A stretch of 63,922 nt of DNA, filler included, from Thelocarpon superellum (Eukaryota): assembly GCA_026025795.1 (NCBI GenBank). It is 4 parts of 4 records of this genome, joined end to end, with 100 filler letters (N's around TTAATTAATTAA, not from the genome) between each part and the next. Parts side by side here need not be neighbours in the genome. Positions count along the whole stretch, not along the records: positions 1 to 15,997 come from JAPEUG010000399.1; 3 more parts are not named here. The stretch is one strand, 5' to 3'. The notes below the pieces were generated by a model that saw nothing but the letters and a program-made list of their open reading frames with translations, was not told the origin of the DNA and searched no databases. The position numbers and the translations under genes are program-made. Below are positions 1-12,970 of this stretch, in pieces (the stretch's first letter is position 1; each line of letters opens with the position of its first letter).

Positions 1-360
1 CGCCAATGCCAATGCCGATAACGCGGACACATGAGCCAGACAGAACGTGAGGCCCCAGCATGCTAGGACAGGACAGGTTCGGCGCCGCCGACTGGCATAG
101 GCAGTACATCGATGGCGGCGACGTGTATCAGCGAGCATACGCCCCAAACTATCCGAAACGATAGCCGTCGACGTAAGTAATGAATGTTTGGAAGAGGAGA
201 GAGTCGAGGGCGATTGGGCTCGTGGGTCGGGCTGGTTCTTCCCAGAGGCTACAAGTGATTCACAGCCTGGATGGGATGCATAACACGCATCGGTGTGCGT
301 CGTAATCCGTGAGAGGATGATCTGATGGCTTCCCTGGCATGGAGGAATATACTCTACAAC

Positions 361-450
361 TGTAGGAGCGCGCACGTGATCTGGTCACGTGCCCATTCCT
401 ATCACTATCCCGACTACGCGTAGATTAGCAATTCAGCTCTGATTCCTACA
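361..450. mobile_element. 90-bp miniature solo-LTR-like / TG...CA element
   Basis: Begins TGTAGGA and ends TCCTACA (7-bp terminal inverted repeat). Flanked by CAAC on both sides (357-360, 451-454). Internal inverted repeat GCACGTGA-tctgg-TCACGTGC. Its 3' 21 nt recur at 59368-59388 with 1 mismatch. Confidence 0.5.
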
Positions 451-1361
451 CAACTAGTATAATTATGTGAGGAGCTGAGGTGGTACGCCTGCAGGTATGC
501 GGGCTAGGGACTATTGGTCCGCAAGGCGAAAAGGTGTGGAGGTGCCAGTATCAGGTGACTCAACGCATTTTCGGACGCTGGGCAAACGATCCGCGTGCCC
601 GCTCTCGTGCTCTCCCCGCGTGTTCGGCCTGGCGCTCTGCTACAGGCTGGCGGGTGCTCGTACCGTAACTTACCAACTACTTGTCCTACCAATCAGCTAC
701 TCGATCTTGTACCTTGTGAGGGAGGTACCAAATACCTGGGTCGCAGGACGGATAAGTTAGTAACATCCATGTCAAGTAGTCCTTGAACGAAATCGGTGGA
801 GTGGGGCGAATCGTCGGCTTGTCGATCCATGACGCTCACGTCCGCCACGTTAGATTTGGTAACATAGCTGCTAGATGGTGCGCGTTCTCGTACCAAGTAG
901 TTCTGGCTCTGGGCCCAGTGGTGTAACCGAGCACCCCTCGCCGGGACATGCGGTAATCCCATCAAACTTTGTCGGCTGCTGGGTGGCAGGAGTGACCCGT
1001 ACTCGTGGTTCCCGAACTTGGCTGGTAGTCCCATCCGTAGCTCGTCCTCGACGATAGATCTCTGATGCTCTCGCCCAGAACAGGATCAGAATCCGGGGTC
1101 GTGCATTTGCTGGGACCCCTTTCCTTCCTTAATTACGTTCGTGTCTCGGCCCATGAACAACCGTAACCGAATACCGCGCCCTCCTGTGACCTGCAGCAAG
1201 TCGCGATTGTTGTCGCTGTGTGACTTGATCTTCGTGCAGATCGGACGGTCCACGGCGACGGCGGGCGGAGGCCGGAGCTCATTCAGCACGGCGCCGTCCT
1301 CCATCGTGCCTCCACTCGGCGCCTCCGCCCTCACACCTCCTTGCACCCCACCCTTGCCACC

Positions 1362-3673
1362 ATGGGCCCCTTTCGTCTGACCATCGACGGCGTCACCTTT
1401 CGTGATGCCGAGCAGAGGGAGGTCACGCTGCGGGGCATCAACGTTGCCGGCGACGCCAAGTTTCCCTCCCGGCCCGACCTGCCCTCCCACCTCTCAGACC
1501 GATTCTTGGAGGGTGATGACATATCTTTCGTCAACCGACCTTTTTCTCTCGAAGACGCCCATACCCACTTCGCCCGACTGAAGCGATGGGGGTACAACAC
1601 CATCCGCTACATCTTCATGTGGGAGGCGATTGAGCATGCCGGGCCGGGCAAGTACGACGAGGCCTACATCGATCACACCATCGCCCTGCTCCGGCTGGCC
1701 AAGACTTACGGCTTCTACATCTTCATGGACCCGCATCAGGACGTGTGGTCGCGCTTCACCGGCGGCTCTGGCGCGCCCCTGTGGACGGTGTACGCCTGCG
1801 GGCTGGACCCCACGGGCTTCCTCGCCACCGAGGCGGCCCTCGTGCACAACACCTATCCGAAGCCGGCGGAATATCCCAAGATGATCTGGTCCACCAACTA
1901 CACCCGCCTGGCCTGCCAGGTCCTCTTCACCCTCTTCTTCGCCGGCAAGGACTTTGCCCCCAAGGCCATCATCGACGGCCGCAACATTCAGGATTATCTA
2001 CAGGACCACTTCTTCGCGGCCTGTCGCCATCTGGCCACACGCATCCATGAGGCCGGCGACCTGGAGCGTGACGTCGTCGTCGGCTGGGAGAGCCTGAACG
2101 AGCCCAACCGCGGCTTGGTCGGCTGGCCGGATCTCTCGGTGGTGCCCGAGGAACAGAAGCTGCAGAAGGGCACCTCACCCACGGCCTGGCAGGCCATCCT
2201 GACCGGCGCCGGCCGTGCCTGTGAGATTAGCACGTGGGAATTTGGCAGCATGGGGCCGTATAAATCGGGCACGGCCCTCATCGACCCCAAGGGGGTGTCA
2301 GCCTGGCTACCCGCGGACTTCGACGACACGCGCTATGGCTGGAAGCGGGACCCGTCGTGGAAGCTCGGCGAATGCATCTGGGCGCAGCACGGCGTGTGGG
2401 ATCCGGCCACGGACACGCTGCGGAACAAACGCTACTTTGCCACCCTCCCCCAGACGGGCGAGAAGCTGGACTATGAATGGTTCACCAATCAGCGCTTCAT
2501 GCCCTTCTACCGCAAGTTCCGTGACGCCATCCGGAGCGTGGATCCCGACTGCATCATGTTCTGTCAGCCGCCGGTGCTCGAGATCCCGCCGTCACTCCGC
2601 GGCACGGAGGACGATGATGCGATGATGGTCTACGCGCCCCACTACTACGACGGCCTGACATTGATGACGAAGAAGTGGAATCGTCTGTGGAACGTCGACG
2701 TCTTCGGTCTGTTGCGCGGCCGGTATATGAGCCCAGCCTTTGCCGTCAAGGTCGGCGAGGCGGCGATCCGGAACTGTCTCCGCGATCAGCTCTCGGCCAT
2801 TCGCAACGAGGGCCTCGATTATATGGGCGATCACCCGTGCATGCTGACGGAGATCGGCATCCCGTACGACATGGATGACAAGTACGCCTACCGCACGGGC
2901 GACTACACCAGCCAGGCCTTGGCCATGGACGCCAATCACTTTGCCATCGAAGGCAGCCGCGTCAATGGCTTCATGCTGTGGCTGTACATGACCCAGGTAA
3001 GCGTGATGCCACGAGAGTCGTGAGGCAGGCACTAAGCGCGAGGTAGAACAACCACCAGTGGGGCGATCAGTGGAACGGCGAGGATCTGTCCATCTTCTCC
3101 GTGGACGACCAGCCGCTGCCGCTCACGCCGTCAAGCCAGGGCCCGTCGCCCGCGTACGTGACGCGCAAGGAGAACGAGTCGTCGCAACATATCTCGCCGG
3201 CCAATCTCAAGACCAACCTGTCGACGCCGTCCATCGGGTCGGAACCGCCGACGGAGGATGTAGATCTGTCCAACAGTCCGGGCTTCCGCGCGGCCGAAGC
3301 ATACGTCCGACCCAGCCCGATCGCGACGGTGGGCTCGGTGCAGTCGTACGGCTTCGACCTCCGCAACTGCACCTTCACCTTTGCCCTCGTCGCCCCGCAC
3401 GCGACCACGGAGAGCACGGCGACGGAGGTCTTCTTACCCGAGTTTCATTTCCCCAGTGACAACGTCGACATCCAGGTCAGTAGTGGACGGTGGACCATCA
3501 GCGTCGACGATGCCGACGGAGGCTTGATGCAGCGCTTGCGGTGGTGGCATGGGCCCGGCAAGCAGACCATGACGGTCAAGGGCGTGGTGCGGCGGCAGGG
3601 GATGGCCATGGGCCGGGAGGAGGAGGAGGGCTATCTGGATCAATGCCTACAGAGCCGCTGTGTGCTTATGTAG
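1362..3673 (+). CDS. EGH1: GH5 endoglycoceramidase-related protein / ergosteryl-beta-glucosidase (EGCrP2/Egh1 family)
   Basis: Motifs LRGINV, WEAIEH, DPHQDVWSR, acid/base NEP and nucleophile region TEIGIP. Intron 2997-3046 (GTAAGC..ACTAA..TAG) joins to NNHQWGDQWNGEDLS. C-terminus ends CVLM. Confidence 0.88.
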
Positions 3674-4559
3674 CGGCGCCTCTTTTCCGTCGATGGACGA
3701 GCCAGCGGAAGGAAGTGGTTTCGCTCGCCTCCCTCCGCTGGGCCCCCTAGGCGTTGGCTCGGAGGAGTGCGAGTGCGAGTGCCAAGGTGGTCGCGGAGTT
3801 TTCCGACCGAACAGGAGGAATTGTAGGGAGAGTTCTACGAGTGGTACCAAGTACCAAGTACCAAGTACACTCCGATTGGCCGTGCTCTCCGATGACAGAT
3901 GCAGCAGCGAGGTCCTCCGTATGGGATGGGACGAGCAGGTGACTTCGCGATTGGGATGGGCACTGGCACGAGAACGAGTGCGATGCCGCGACGTCCAGTC
4001 AGGACAGGTCCCACAAGGAGACGCAATAATCTTGGGAGGCACGCGTGCACGACTGCCTAGCTAGACGTTGGCCAGGCCCCACGTTCTGAATGACAGCGGC
4101 GACAGGTGCAACGTCACTCATTGGCCGAGGCGCCTCGCCGCATCACTACATCGCGCGCCGAATCTCGGGCCATTTCTTTGAGTTTCGCGTTCGCAGTAGG
4201 TCCCATGTGGCCCACGCATCACCGACGGTACTTGTATGCCATCAGGGACGAGACCCAGACGCAGATCGGGATCAAGAAGTGAAGGCTCCGCGTAGTCCCG
4301 TCCACCTGTGAGCTACCTTGCTCATGGTCGCATGCCACCCTCGCCGTAACCTGAGCCCTCTCTATTCTGACCGACCACCGACGCCAGGACCGCGGGCCCG
4401 GGACGTGTGAATCTCCGTGCCTGCCCACCGCCTTCCACAACTCCCTCGGCCTGCGCGCGTGACCACACCAGACCTTGCATGGTCATGACCGACACGCGCG
4501 GATGATCGCCACAGGTCAAGGTCACATCGTGTGGGGTGGCTGGTGTCACGGTTGAGGTC

Positions 4560-7500
4560 ATGGAGCCGGCAGACCGCGGGGTCTCCATCGACCACACCTC
4601 CAATGGCCAGGGCCAGTCCGCCGCCGCCCAGGAGTGGATCGGCCAGGTCGTCCCGGCCCTGGAAGCGGTGCACAGCGATCGCTCGTCCAATGACACCCGG
4701 AAGCAGGCGACGGCCTTCCTGGAAGAGGCCAAGGCTCATAGCGGCGCCCCGTACTATGGCTTCCGCCTCGCCTTGGACGCCGCTCAGCCGGCCGTGGCCC
4801 GTTACTATGGCCTCTCCGTGCTCGAGTACGCCATCCGCTACCAATGGTCCGATTACTCCGACGCCCAACGCGTCGCCGTCCAGGGCTGGCTCGACCAGCT
4901 GGGCGAGCACCTGGACCCCCATGATCCCCTGTACCATCGGAGTAAGATCGCCCAACTGTGGGGGGACGTGGCCAAACGATTGTGGCCCGCGCAATGGCCC
5001 GACATGGACACCCGCCTCGTGAACATCTGGCATGGAGGCCCCGTCAACAAGACCTTTGTCGCCGTCGTCCTCGACGGTCTGTCCGAGGACATCTTCAACC
5101 GAGAGGATGCCACGGCGACGCTGCGAGGAAGTGATCTCAGCAAAGCCTGCGTCAACATCTTCACCCCACTCGACGTGCTCCAGATCCACTTCCCCCACCG
5201 GGACATCAAGGCCAACGTGCGATGCGGCGACGAGGGTTGGCTGACGCGTCTGGGAGGCTGTCTCCAGGCATGTGCCGCCGATCCGACGTCGGAGACAGAG
5301 CAAGGGACATATTGCATCGTCAAGGTCATTGTGGCCATGACCTCTGCTCTCCGCTGGGCCAGTCCCGTCGCCATCGCCGCGGCTCAATGCGTGCCAAGTC
5401 TACGGCAGTGTCTGGCGATGCCCATGGTTTCTGCGCAGATGGTACGTCTTCGTCCCCCCGTCTTGAGGATGGCTGTTGATCATGACACAGGCCGCAATCG
5501 ACGGCCTCTATGCGCTCTACTGTCGAACCAACTATCAGGACGAGGAGTACGTCTCGCTCGTCTGCCCCTCATACACGCATGAGTCTGTGCAGCTCCTGTC
5601 GAAGATCTATCGCTGGTCCACGACGGATGCGTCCGCGATCGACGACGAGAAGTACCAACTGGGGAAGAAGCTTGCCGAGGTGGGTAAGATGGCATCCGTC
5701 GAGAATGACGCTGACTCGGAGCTTGTAGATGATATCCATCCTCGGAAATTTGGTAGAATCACGGCCACACCTGATCCCTGAAAGCAGTGATCTGCCCGCC
5801 TTTCTCAACCTCCTCCTGGAGATGCTTGCCAGTCAGAGTCTCACCATCTCCATTCCCATCCTGCATACCTGGACCCGACTCCTCCGGTCGGACGTCATCG
5901 GCGGCTCCGATACCATGCTACCGTTGATCGGGCGACTGTTAGAAATCTGCAGCCAGCGTCTCGTTCGATATGAGTCGTTTCCCGAAGACTCGGAGGACCC
6001 TGCCATTCTTTACTTGAATGAAGATCTCGATACCCAGCCGGAACGACATGCCTTCCTGGGCAACTATCGACGCTACTGCGTGCAAGTGGTGGAGATTATC
6101 GTGCGGCGAAAGCCCTTTGAAGCCATGTACCACGTCTTGGGCCAAGTCGATCACTCGCTGCAGACATTGTACCATGAACAGCCTCCCTTCCAACGTATGT
6201 TGGTCCCCACGTGAGATGGAACCCCACTGACGCCAAATAGCGGAGACGTACTCGCGAAGCTCCATTCCCCTACTACGAGTAGACTCTCATTTCACCGTGG
6301 TCGAGGCGGCGTTGAGAGGATACATGAAGTGGACTACGTCACATGGAGGAAATCCTCAAAAGGATGTACGTTTGGACCCTAAACGTGAAAGGCGAAAGGC
6401 GAAAGGCGAAAGGCAAAAGAGGGGGGGGGGCTAACTGTCAGCAGGAATTGGAGCGAAACACGATGGAAGTCAACCTAGAGTCGTGGTGCGAAAGACTACT
6501 CGACATGAATTTTGAAGATCCCCTGATTCGGAAACGAGTCTTGCAGCTGGGCGTGGCCTTTTCCACCTCCGCCCTGGACAAAAAGGCGGATTTCATGTTG
6601 AAAGTACTGAAGCATATCCTGATGAGTCGTCCGGTGGAGAAGCCCGAGTACCCCACGTACTCAATGGCGGTGAAGGAGCTACGGAATGACTGCCTTCAGG
6701 AGTTGCGACGATTGGCGAGGAAGATGCCGGATGATCTGATCGTGGGTCATCTCTTCTCCGCCCCTTCCACATGGCTGACTGACCTCCCAGATCGTTTACG
6801 ATGATTTAGAGGCTAAGATCAATGAGATTGTGGCGACGCAGACCCTGGAAGATCGGCAACGCATCTCTTTCTATTCCTTTCTCTTCATCATCTGGTAGGT
6901 CCGTCGAGGGGGCAAGGGAACGTGGCTAACGGGAATAGTCATCGATCGACAACCATGGAGCCCGAGTTACGAGAACGACGACTGAGCTCGTTTGTGGCAC
7001 CGATCAAACAGGCCTGGCAGAACGCGGAGCTCAACGCATCGCTTGAATCATTTGCGGGATTCTGTCAAGCGGCGGGCGTAGGTCGAGTCCAACAATATCT
7101 GGTCAGTCGACGGGTGGATGAGGTTCTGGATTGGTCCACACATCCACTCGACGATGACGGATTGGCCATTCAGAAGGAGATTTCCGACGCGTTCAAGGTA
7201 CGTTTCTTCGTCCCTACATTGCACGCCCGCTCATTCATCAGCGACTCCCACTTGGACCCACCAAAGGGCTCCTGGGCGTATCGGTGGATCAGGTGAAGAA
7301 AGGATCGAACCCATATCAAATGGCGACCGTGTTGTGGCACGATACGATCCCCATCATCCTACCACAGTTGCTGAAACTCCTTCGGTGTGTGATGACGCCC
7401 TTGCAGACGAACATGCGCGCTGATGGTCCAGGTACTCGCATGCATTCCACAACATGGCAAACTGGTCACTCCTGCCACCCAACATGCAGCCAGTGGTAAC

Positions 7501-9008
7501 CCGAGTGTTGACGGATCGATTCTGGCAAGCAGGCATCTCGACAGGCAGCAAAGACGACTTCTATGCGCGAGTGACGGGGACGAAAATGACGCTCGAAGGA
7601 TTTGCATCGTCGGTACGAGGGGCCGTGCGAACGATTCGCGAGCTTTGCTACTCCATCATCTTCTGCATGACGCGGCTGGATGTGCATTTCTACGGCTTCG
7701 CCGACCTCCCGACTCCCCTCGCCGACGCCTTCTTTACCGATGCACAGGCCCTCTCGTCACATCAGTTCTCGACGATGCTGAATGTGATGCGTTATCTCGT
7801 GGACGACTGTCCCGTGGCGCTGCGCGAGCAGTTCCTCCCGACGATCGTGTCGCGGCTCTTTACAGAACTAGACTTGAAGGTCAATACGGAATGGGAGAAG
7901 TTGGGACAGCGACTGGAGATGTCCTCGGGCAATGACAACCTCACGGACGAAATGAAGGAGGAGAGCATCCTGCGTCAACTGGCGATTACGTCTGTCCACA
8001 TGGTGGCGGGGTTGTTGGACCCCCACCGGGAGAGTTAGTCCACACCACCCCTGACCCTTTGAGACGAGAGGACTAACCAGGCCAGATCCACCAGACCCAA
8101 GCGCCGCACAAGGACGCCCAGCCGAGACGGACGCAGGGCGCAGCGACGAGGGCCACAAGGCGTCTGGCGGTGGCACGACGGGTTCTCCATCCAGCACCTC
8201 GCCGAACAGCATGCGGAATTTTGTGCTCTCATCGCCCACCATTCTGCACCCCCTGCTGGTCTTCTGCACCCACGGGCTCCAGATCCGGGACACGCGATCA
8301 TCGGGGATCATCATCCGGGTGCTTACATCCATCATCCCCGAATTCGCCTCGCCGACCTCAGCCACGCACTCGTCGATCCGGACCCACATATCGGACTCGG
8401 TGCTCAAAGCAGCCATCACGTCGCTCCACTCGTCCTATTTCGTCGACGTGCAGAAAGACCTCGCCCAGCTGATCGCGACCCTGTACCTGACCTACGCACC
8501 TCTCAGCAGCCTCCCGCACCAGATCCTCGCGGGCCTGCCGACCGTGACGGAGGAGAAGCTCGATCGCACCGCGCGCGCCCTCTTCGCCGCGCACAGTCCG
8601 CGCCACCAGCGCGCGCTGGTTCTCGATCTGCTCGAGGGCGTGCGAGGCGTCAGCGTGAGCGAGTTGGGCAAGGTGCCTGTCCTCCCTGCTCCTGCTGCTA
8701 CTGCTGCTGCTACTGCTGCCAAACGCACCTCTTCTACGGGGAAAAGGGAGGATAGAGGGGCAGGGGGAGGAGGAGGAGGCATGGGACGGCGCGAACGAAG
8801 CGGCATCTTGGACGCGTACGCGTCGACGTCCACGATGGCTTCTGGTCGCGGGGTGGGGAATCCCATCATGGATGGAACAGGGGGAGGTGGTGCAGACGGA
8901 GACGGCGTGGCGGAAAAGGAGAGGGACATGGCACGGGAGAGAGAGCGAGAGAGGGAGAAGAGAGAGGGAAGTGTGGATCTGGGCGGCGTCCAGGATATGT
9001 TTGCCTGA
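4560..9008 (+). CDS. MSN5: Karyopherin-beta exportin Msn5 / exportin-5 (about 10 short introns)
   Basis: N-terminal importin-beta-like RKQATAFLEEAK...YYGLSVLEYAIRYQW. Conserved ERHAFLGNYRR, DRFWQAGIS and DEMKEESILRQL. Introns traced at 5442-5490, 5680-5728, 6195-6240, 6366-6441/6444, 6742-6790 and 7198-7241, among others. Start codon uncertain. Confidence 0.88.
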
Positions 9009-9176
9009 TGCTTGGGTCGTCCATCTACCGTCTCCTTGCCTTCTCATCTACATCCCTGCAACTAAACCCCACGACTCACGGATCAAACCTGTACCAAAAC
9101 ACGAACGAACAAATGCATGGTCACTCTGTATTCTCCATTCTCCATTCTCCATTCAGAAGTGAGTAGATTTGAGTCG

Positions 9177-9217
9177 GTGAGTGAGTGAGTGAGTGAGTGA
9201 GTGAGTGAGTGAGTGAG
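9177..9217. repeat. (GAGT)n microsatellite between the convergent MSN5 and OXR1 genes
   Basis: About 10 perfect GTGA/GAGT units, followed by degenerate units. Confidence 0.9.
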
Positions 9218-9286
9218 GGGGTGGGTGAGTGGGTGAGGGAGTGAGGGAGTGAGAGGGTGGGTAGAGGCGTGTGGTCGAGTTCAACC

Positions 9287-10625
9287 TCACCCACCCACGA
9301 ACCAGAGTTCGACGCCCAAAATCTCGAATTTCTCTCCCTCGTCGCTGAGCGGCTCGTTCCCAAACGTAGGACACGAACTGCTGATTCCTCGCTCGAAGAT
9401 GTCGTCCAACCATAATCCGTAGTGTCCGTCCCTACCCCCGTCAGATTGCACATTAGTTTCATGTTCATATTCATGTTCAAGGGAGGTCCCCTCGGAGATG
9501 GGATAGGTCCCCTTTGATGAAGAATGCCCCTCATGAGGTAGAAGATGAGACGAGAGACAGGACACGTGTCTGTGTGTGTAGACGGTAGATATGGTGCCTC
9601 ACCCTCCTCCTATGCTCAAATATCCACTCTCGCACAACATCAAGTAATCGTTGATGCCTGAATAAGGAAACGCCTTGAATCGGATGCGTTCGGGCGTGCT
9701 GGTGCCGGATCTGATTCCGCCGGACGGGCTCGACGCATGCGAATGTGGATTTGGCGGGGGTGGGAGGAGCGTGCTCGACCCACCGCCACCACCACCAGCC
9801 GAGGCAATGGTCGTCGACCGTTGGAGATTCGTCGTGTCGGCACTAGGAGGCGGTGGAAGAGACGACAACAACGGCGCCGACGAGATGATGCTAGCCCGCC
9901 ACAGAAAGCACTCCCCTGTGCCGTAATAATGCGGCGATGGATGAGGCGCGTCGGTCAAATATGCCCCGAAGATCTGTCCGTCCCCCTTCAATCAGCGGAA
10001 CTCTTGAACCATCGTGGACCACCATCCAGTCCGTTCGTCAATCTGGCCAACTCACGCCCCCCTCCCCATCCTTCACCACTAGGATATACCCCCGGCGCAC
10101 CCCCCGTAGCTCCGCACATCGTTTATACAGCGTCGCCAAGCTGACTCCATCATTTTCCAGACTGTACGCCAGATCCCAATTCTCAATCAGCTGCAAGCGT
10201 GGGGGAAGCAGGAGTCGGATTTCCTCTGCCAGCGCGCGCGAGAGTATCTGTCCCTCCGGCGCGGGCGAGGCAGTGTTCATTGTAGTAGTAGAGCCGCATC
10301 CTCGTAACGTCAACGGGTACAGCGGGGGTGGTTGGAAGGGTGATGCGGTCCGGCCGGGGGGCGTGTAGTAGGGCGCGTCATGCAGCGGCGGCGGCGGCGG
10401 CGGCGGCGGCGGAGGTTGGTGTGGGACAGACGTTGGTGCGCTGTGGAGCGACGAGCCGGCACCAGAGCCTCCCGAGGCCGGGGTGGAGATGCGTCGTAAG
10501 AGGCTTGACACCGAGCTGGTGAGCGAGCTGGGGAAGAAGGAGGGCGTGGGGGAACTGGAGCGTGGAGGGGTCGAGGCCGAGGACGAGTTATGTGGCGAGT
10601 GCGAGCTCGGAGGCGTCGAGGTCAT
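9287..10625 (-). CDS. OXR1: Oxidation resistance protein 1 (TLDc domain)
   Basis: Three exons give LPPRLQLIENWDLAYSLENDGVSLATLY, IFGAYLTD...YYGTGECFLW, FKAFPYSGINDY..LSIGGG and DGHYGLWLDD...CPTFGNEPLSDEGEKFEILGVELW. Confidence 0.92.
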
Positions 10626-10929
10626 GGTCACCTAGGTCGGTGGAAGGGCGGTGGAAGACGGGGGGCGACTCCACGGCGAGGCTGACGATGGTTGCCTCGT
10701 ACTGATGTCTGCTGGACCAGCCAGATCTCGAACGTATGAAGTCGTGTCAGGTCTGCATGTCCACTGCATTGCTGATGGCGTGGCGAACGTGCTGGGATCG
10801 GGTCGTATGCACGGAGATGTGCATCCATGAGCTTCGGCTGGCACTTCCTATTTGCCCCTCCACCTCTCATCATCCCTCCAGCAATGATCCTACTGCCTCC
10901 GCCGGGTAGGTCATCTTTCCCCCTACCGA

Positions 10930-12216
10930 TCATTTCTCACTGCTCACCTCTGTTACATCTGGTGGCCCTTCTGGCTCCTCTACATCCGGCTCTCCTTCGC
11001 CGTGTCCCCCTCCCTCGCCGTGTCCCCCTCCCTCGCCGTGTCCCCCTCCCTCACCGTGTCCCCCTCCCTCGCCGTGTCCCCCTCCCTCGCTGTTCCCCCC
11101 TCCCTGCCCCTGCCCCGGACGACTTTTCAAAACCCCCCCCTTTCGTTTCGGCAGCACCCGGACAAACGCCTCGCCCCAGTCTCCCAATTCCAACCAACGC
11201 AGCATAATCTCTACCACATGGTTCGTGGCCAAGACCTGGCGACTCGCCATCTGCATGTATTCCCCAAGAGGCAACTTGGCCGTCTTGACGCCCCTTTCCC
11301 GCGCCTCCTTGTAGCAAATGCCCTTGTGCCGGTTCTTGTCTACCAGCCCACCGATGATGTAGGTGCTGTAGGGGGACAGTCGGGTGAGGGTCACGTCACT
11401 GTCACTGGTCAGGTAGACCACTTCGCCTGGCCCCTCGAAATTCCCTTCTTCCCCGGCCAGCGCTCCAGCAATGGCCCCACCATCCTTGCCCTGCATGATC
11501 TGTGCCGCCTGGTGTGCGGCAGCGACGAAATCCGTGTCCGTGAACCGGACATCCTTCCATCCCCGGTGATGATTGCCCAGCACCGTCTCGAAACGCTCTT
11601 GCAGCAGGCCCTCGAAGCTACAGATGGTAAGATGAGTCTTGAAGGGGGCATTCTTGTTGTCGGAGTAGCACCGCGTGAGCTGCGACGCCAGCGAGATGCG
11701 CTCTTTGTCCAGCATCAAGCCATCGTATCCACAGTCGAGGATGAGAGTCAACGGTAGCTGGACGCCCGGGAGCTGGCGACGTGGACGTGCTTCCACGAGA
11801 GCGCCCTTGGGACGGTCTGTAGCGGCAGTCGACCTGGCATCGGCACCCTCTGGGCTCGGCGGATCCACGGGAGCTTGTGCCTTGGCCTTGCGCTTCTGTT
11901 CCCGCTTCGCCGCAATCTTTTCTCTCCGGCGAGCTTTACGCCATTCCCGGCCCTCCTCCCATTTTTGTTTCTTGGCAATCTTTTTCAGTTGGCTTTTGGA
12001 CATGCCGGGCGTGGTCGGATCCGTTAACGTAGGGACATGGTGTGGGGAGCCCAAGTCCTCGGCTTCGACTGGAGGGGAATCTTCTCGAGCCGCCTCCTGC
12101 TTCCAGGTCTCGGGGAGGCTGGCCTCTACGTCTTGAAGGGGGGATGCATGGGTCAGGGTAGCAGGCACATCCTTGTCCAGCTTCGGCAGCTTCAGCGGTC
12201 GCTCTTCAGCCTCCAT
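10930..12216 (-). CDS. TRM10: tRNA (guanine(9)-N1)-methyltransferase
   Basis: Single 428-aa ORF with [45 protein letters not shown] and [20 protein letters not shown]. Confidence 0.95.
   Translation of the reverse strand: MEAEERPLKLPKLDKDVPATLTHASPLQDVEASLPETWKQEAAREDSPPVEAEDLGSPHHVPTLTDPTTPGMSKSQLKKIAKKQKWEEGREWRKARRREKIAAKREQKRKAKAQAPVDPPSPEGADARSTAATDRPKGALVEARPRRQLPGVQLPLTLILDCGYDGLMLDKERISLASQLTRCYSDNKNAPFKTHLTICSFEGLLQERFETVLGNHHRGWKDVRFTDTDFVAAAHQAAQIMQGKDGGAIAGALAGEEGNFEGPGEVVYLTSDSDVTLTRLSPYSTYIIGGLVDKNRHKGICYKEARERGVKTAKLPLGEYMQMASRQVLATNHVVEIMLRWLELGDWGEAFVRVLPKRKGGVLKSRPGQGQGGGNSEGGGHGEGGGHGEGGGHGEGGGHGEGGGHGEGEPDVEEPEGPPDVTEVSSEK
10997..11104. repeat. Coding 18-bp tandem repeat x6 in the TRM10 3' end
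   Basis: Unit TCGCCGTGTCCCCCTCCC, 5 near-perfect copies plus 1 variant. Encodes GGGNSE(GGGHGE)5 on the minus strand. Confidence 0.95.
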
Positions 12217-12402
12217 GATGTGGGTTGGTCAATAGCCAGGTCTGACAAGAGTGGTAGAAAGAAGGAAGAGTGTCATTGTGGCGTGCGACCGTACCGTAGC
12301 TCGCTCGCTTGGCGACCGACACGCCACGACCAAGACAACTTCATCTCTCATCGCGGGGAGACGTCTTTTCCGTCACGGTCCTCATCCCACCGCATCTCCG
12401 CC

Positions 12403-12970
12403 ATGCCACAGGACTTGCCTCCTAGCGGGGGCTACGAGCCCATTCAATACAAAGTCTGTAATCCCACCATGCATCGAGATGAAAGTCATCGGTGCCTTGA
12501 TCTGACTCCTTCCAGCGCAACCTCCCCGCTCGGGGCTTCCGGCCCGCATACTATCTCCTGGCCGTGGGAGCCATCATGACCTACGGATTCTACAAGCTCG
12601 GGATTGGCATTCGGGAGCAAAAGTGGGTCGTCGCGAGCGTGCGGTGCCTGTTTCCTATCTGACCAGCCGGGCGTTTAGTGAACTAGCACGCGAAAAGATG
12701 TGGGGACGCATCCACCTGATCCCGTTATTACAAGCGGAAGAAGATCGTGATCTGGTGCGGCGACATTGGGCGGACAAGGAGCGCGAGAAGGAATTTCTGG
12801 GCACGGAGACGCCGGTATATCACTCGAATCGGTGCGTCGTCCCCATCCCCAGGTCGTTTCGATCTCTCGCTCGTCCTCACACCATGATGCCGCCATGCTG
12901 ACTGACGGTGCGGCATGGTAGATTCGTGCGGCCAACCTACGCCGTGACGCCAGGAAACGTCACCAAATGA
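12403..12970 (+). CDS. NDUFA13: Complex I accessory subunit GRIM-19/B16.6 (4 exons)
   Basis: Spliced MPQDLPPSGGYEPIQYK-RNLPARGFRP...-ELAREKMWGRIHLIPLLQAEEDRDLVRR...-FVRPTYAVTP. Head-to-head with TRM10, 186 bp apart. Confidence 0.93.

Noticed and set aside
2..34. Possible 3' end of an upstream gene (ANANADNADT*)
   Set aside because: Only 10 codons at the contig edge, so it cannot be supported.
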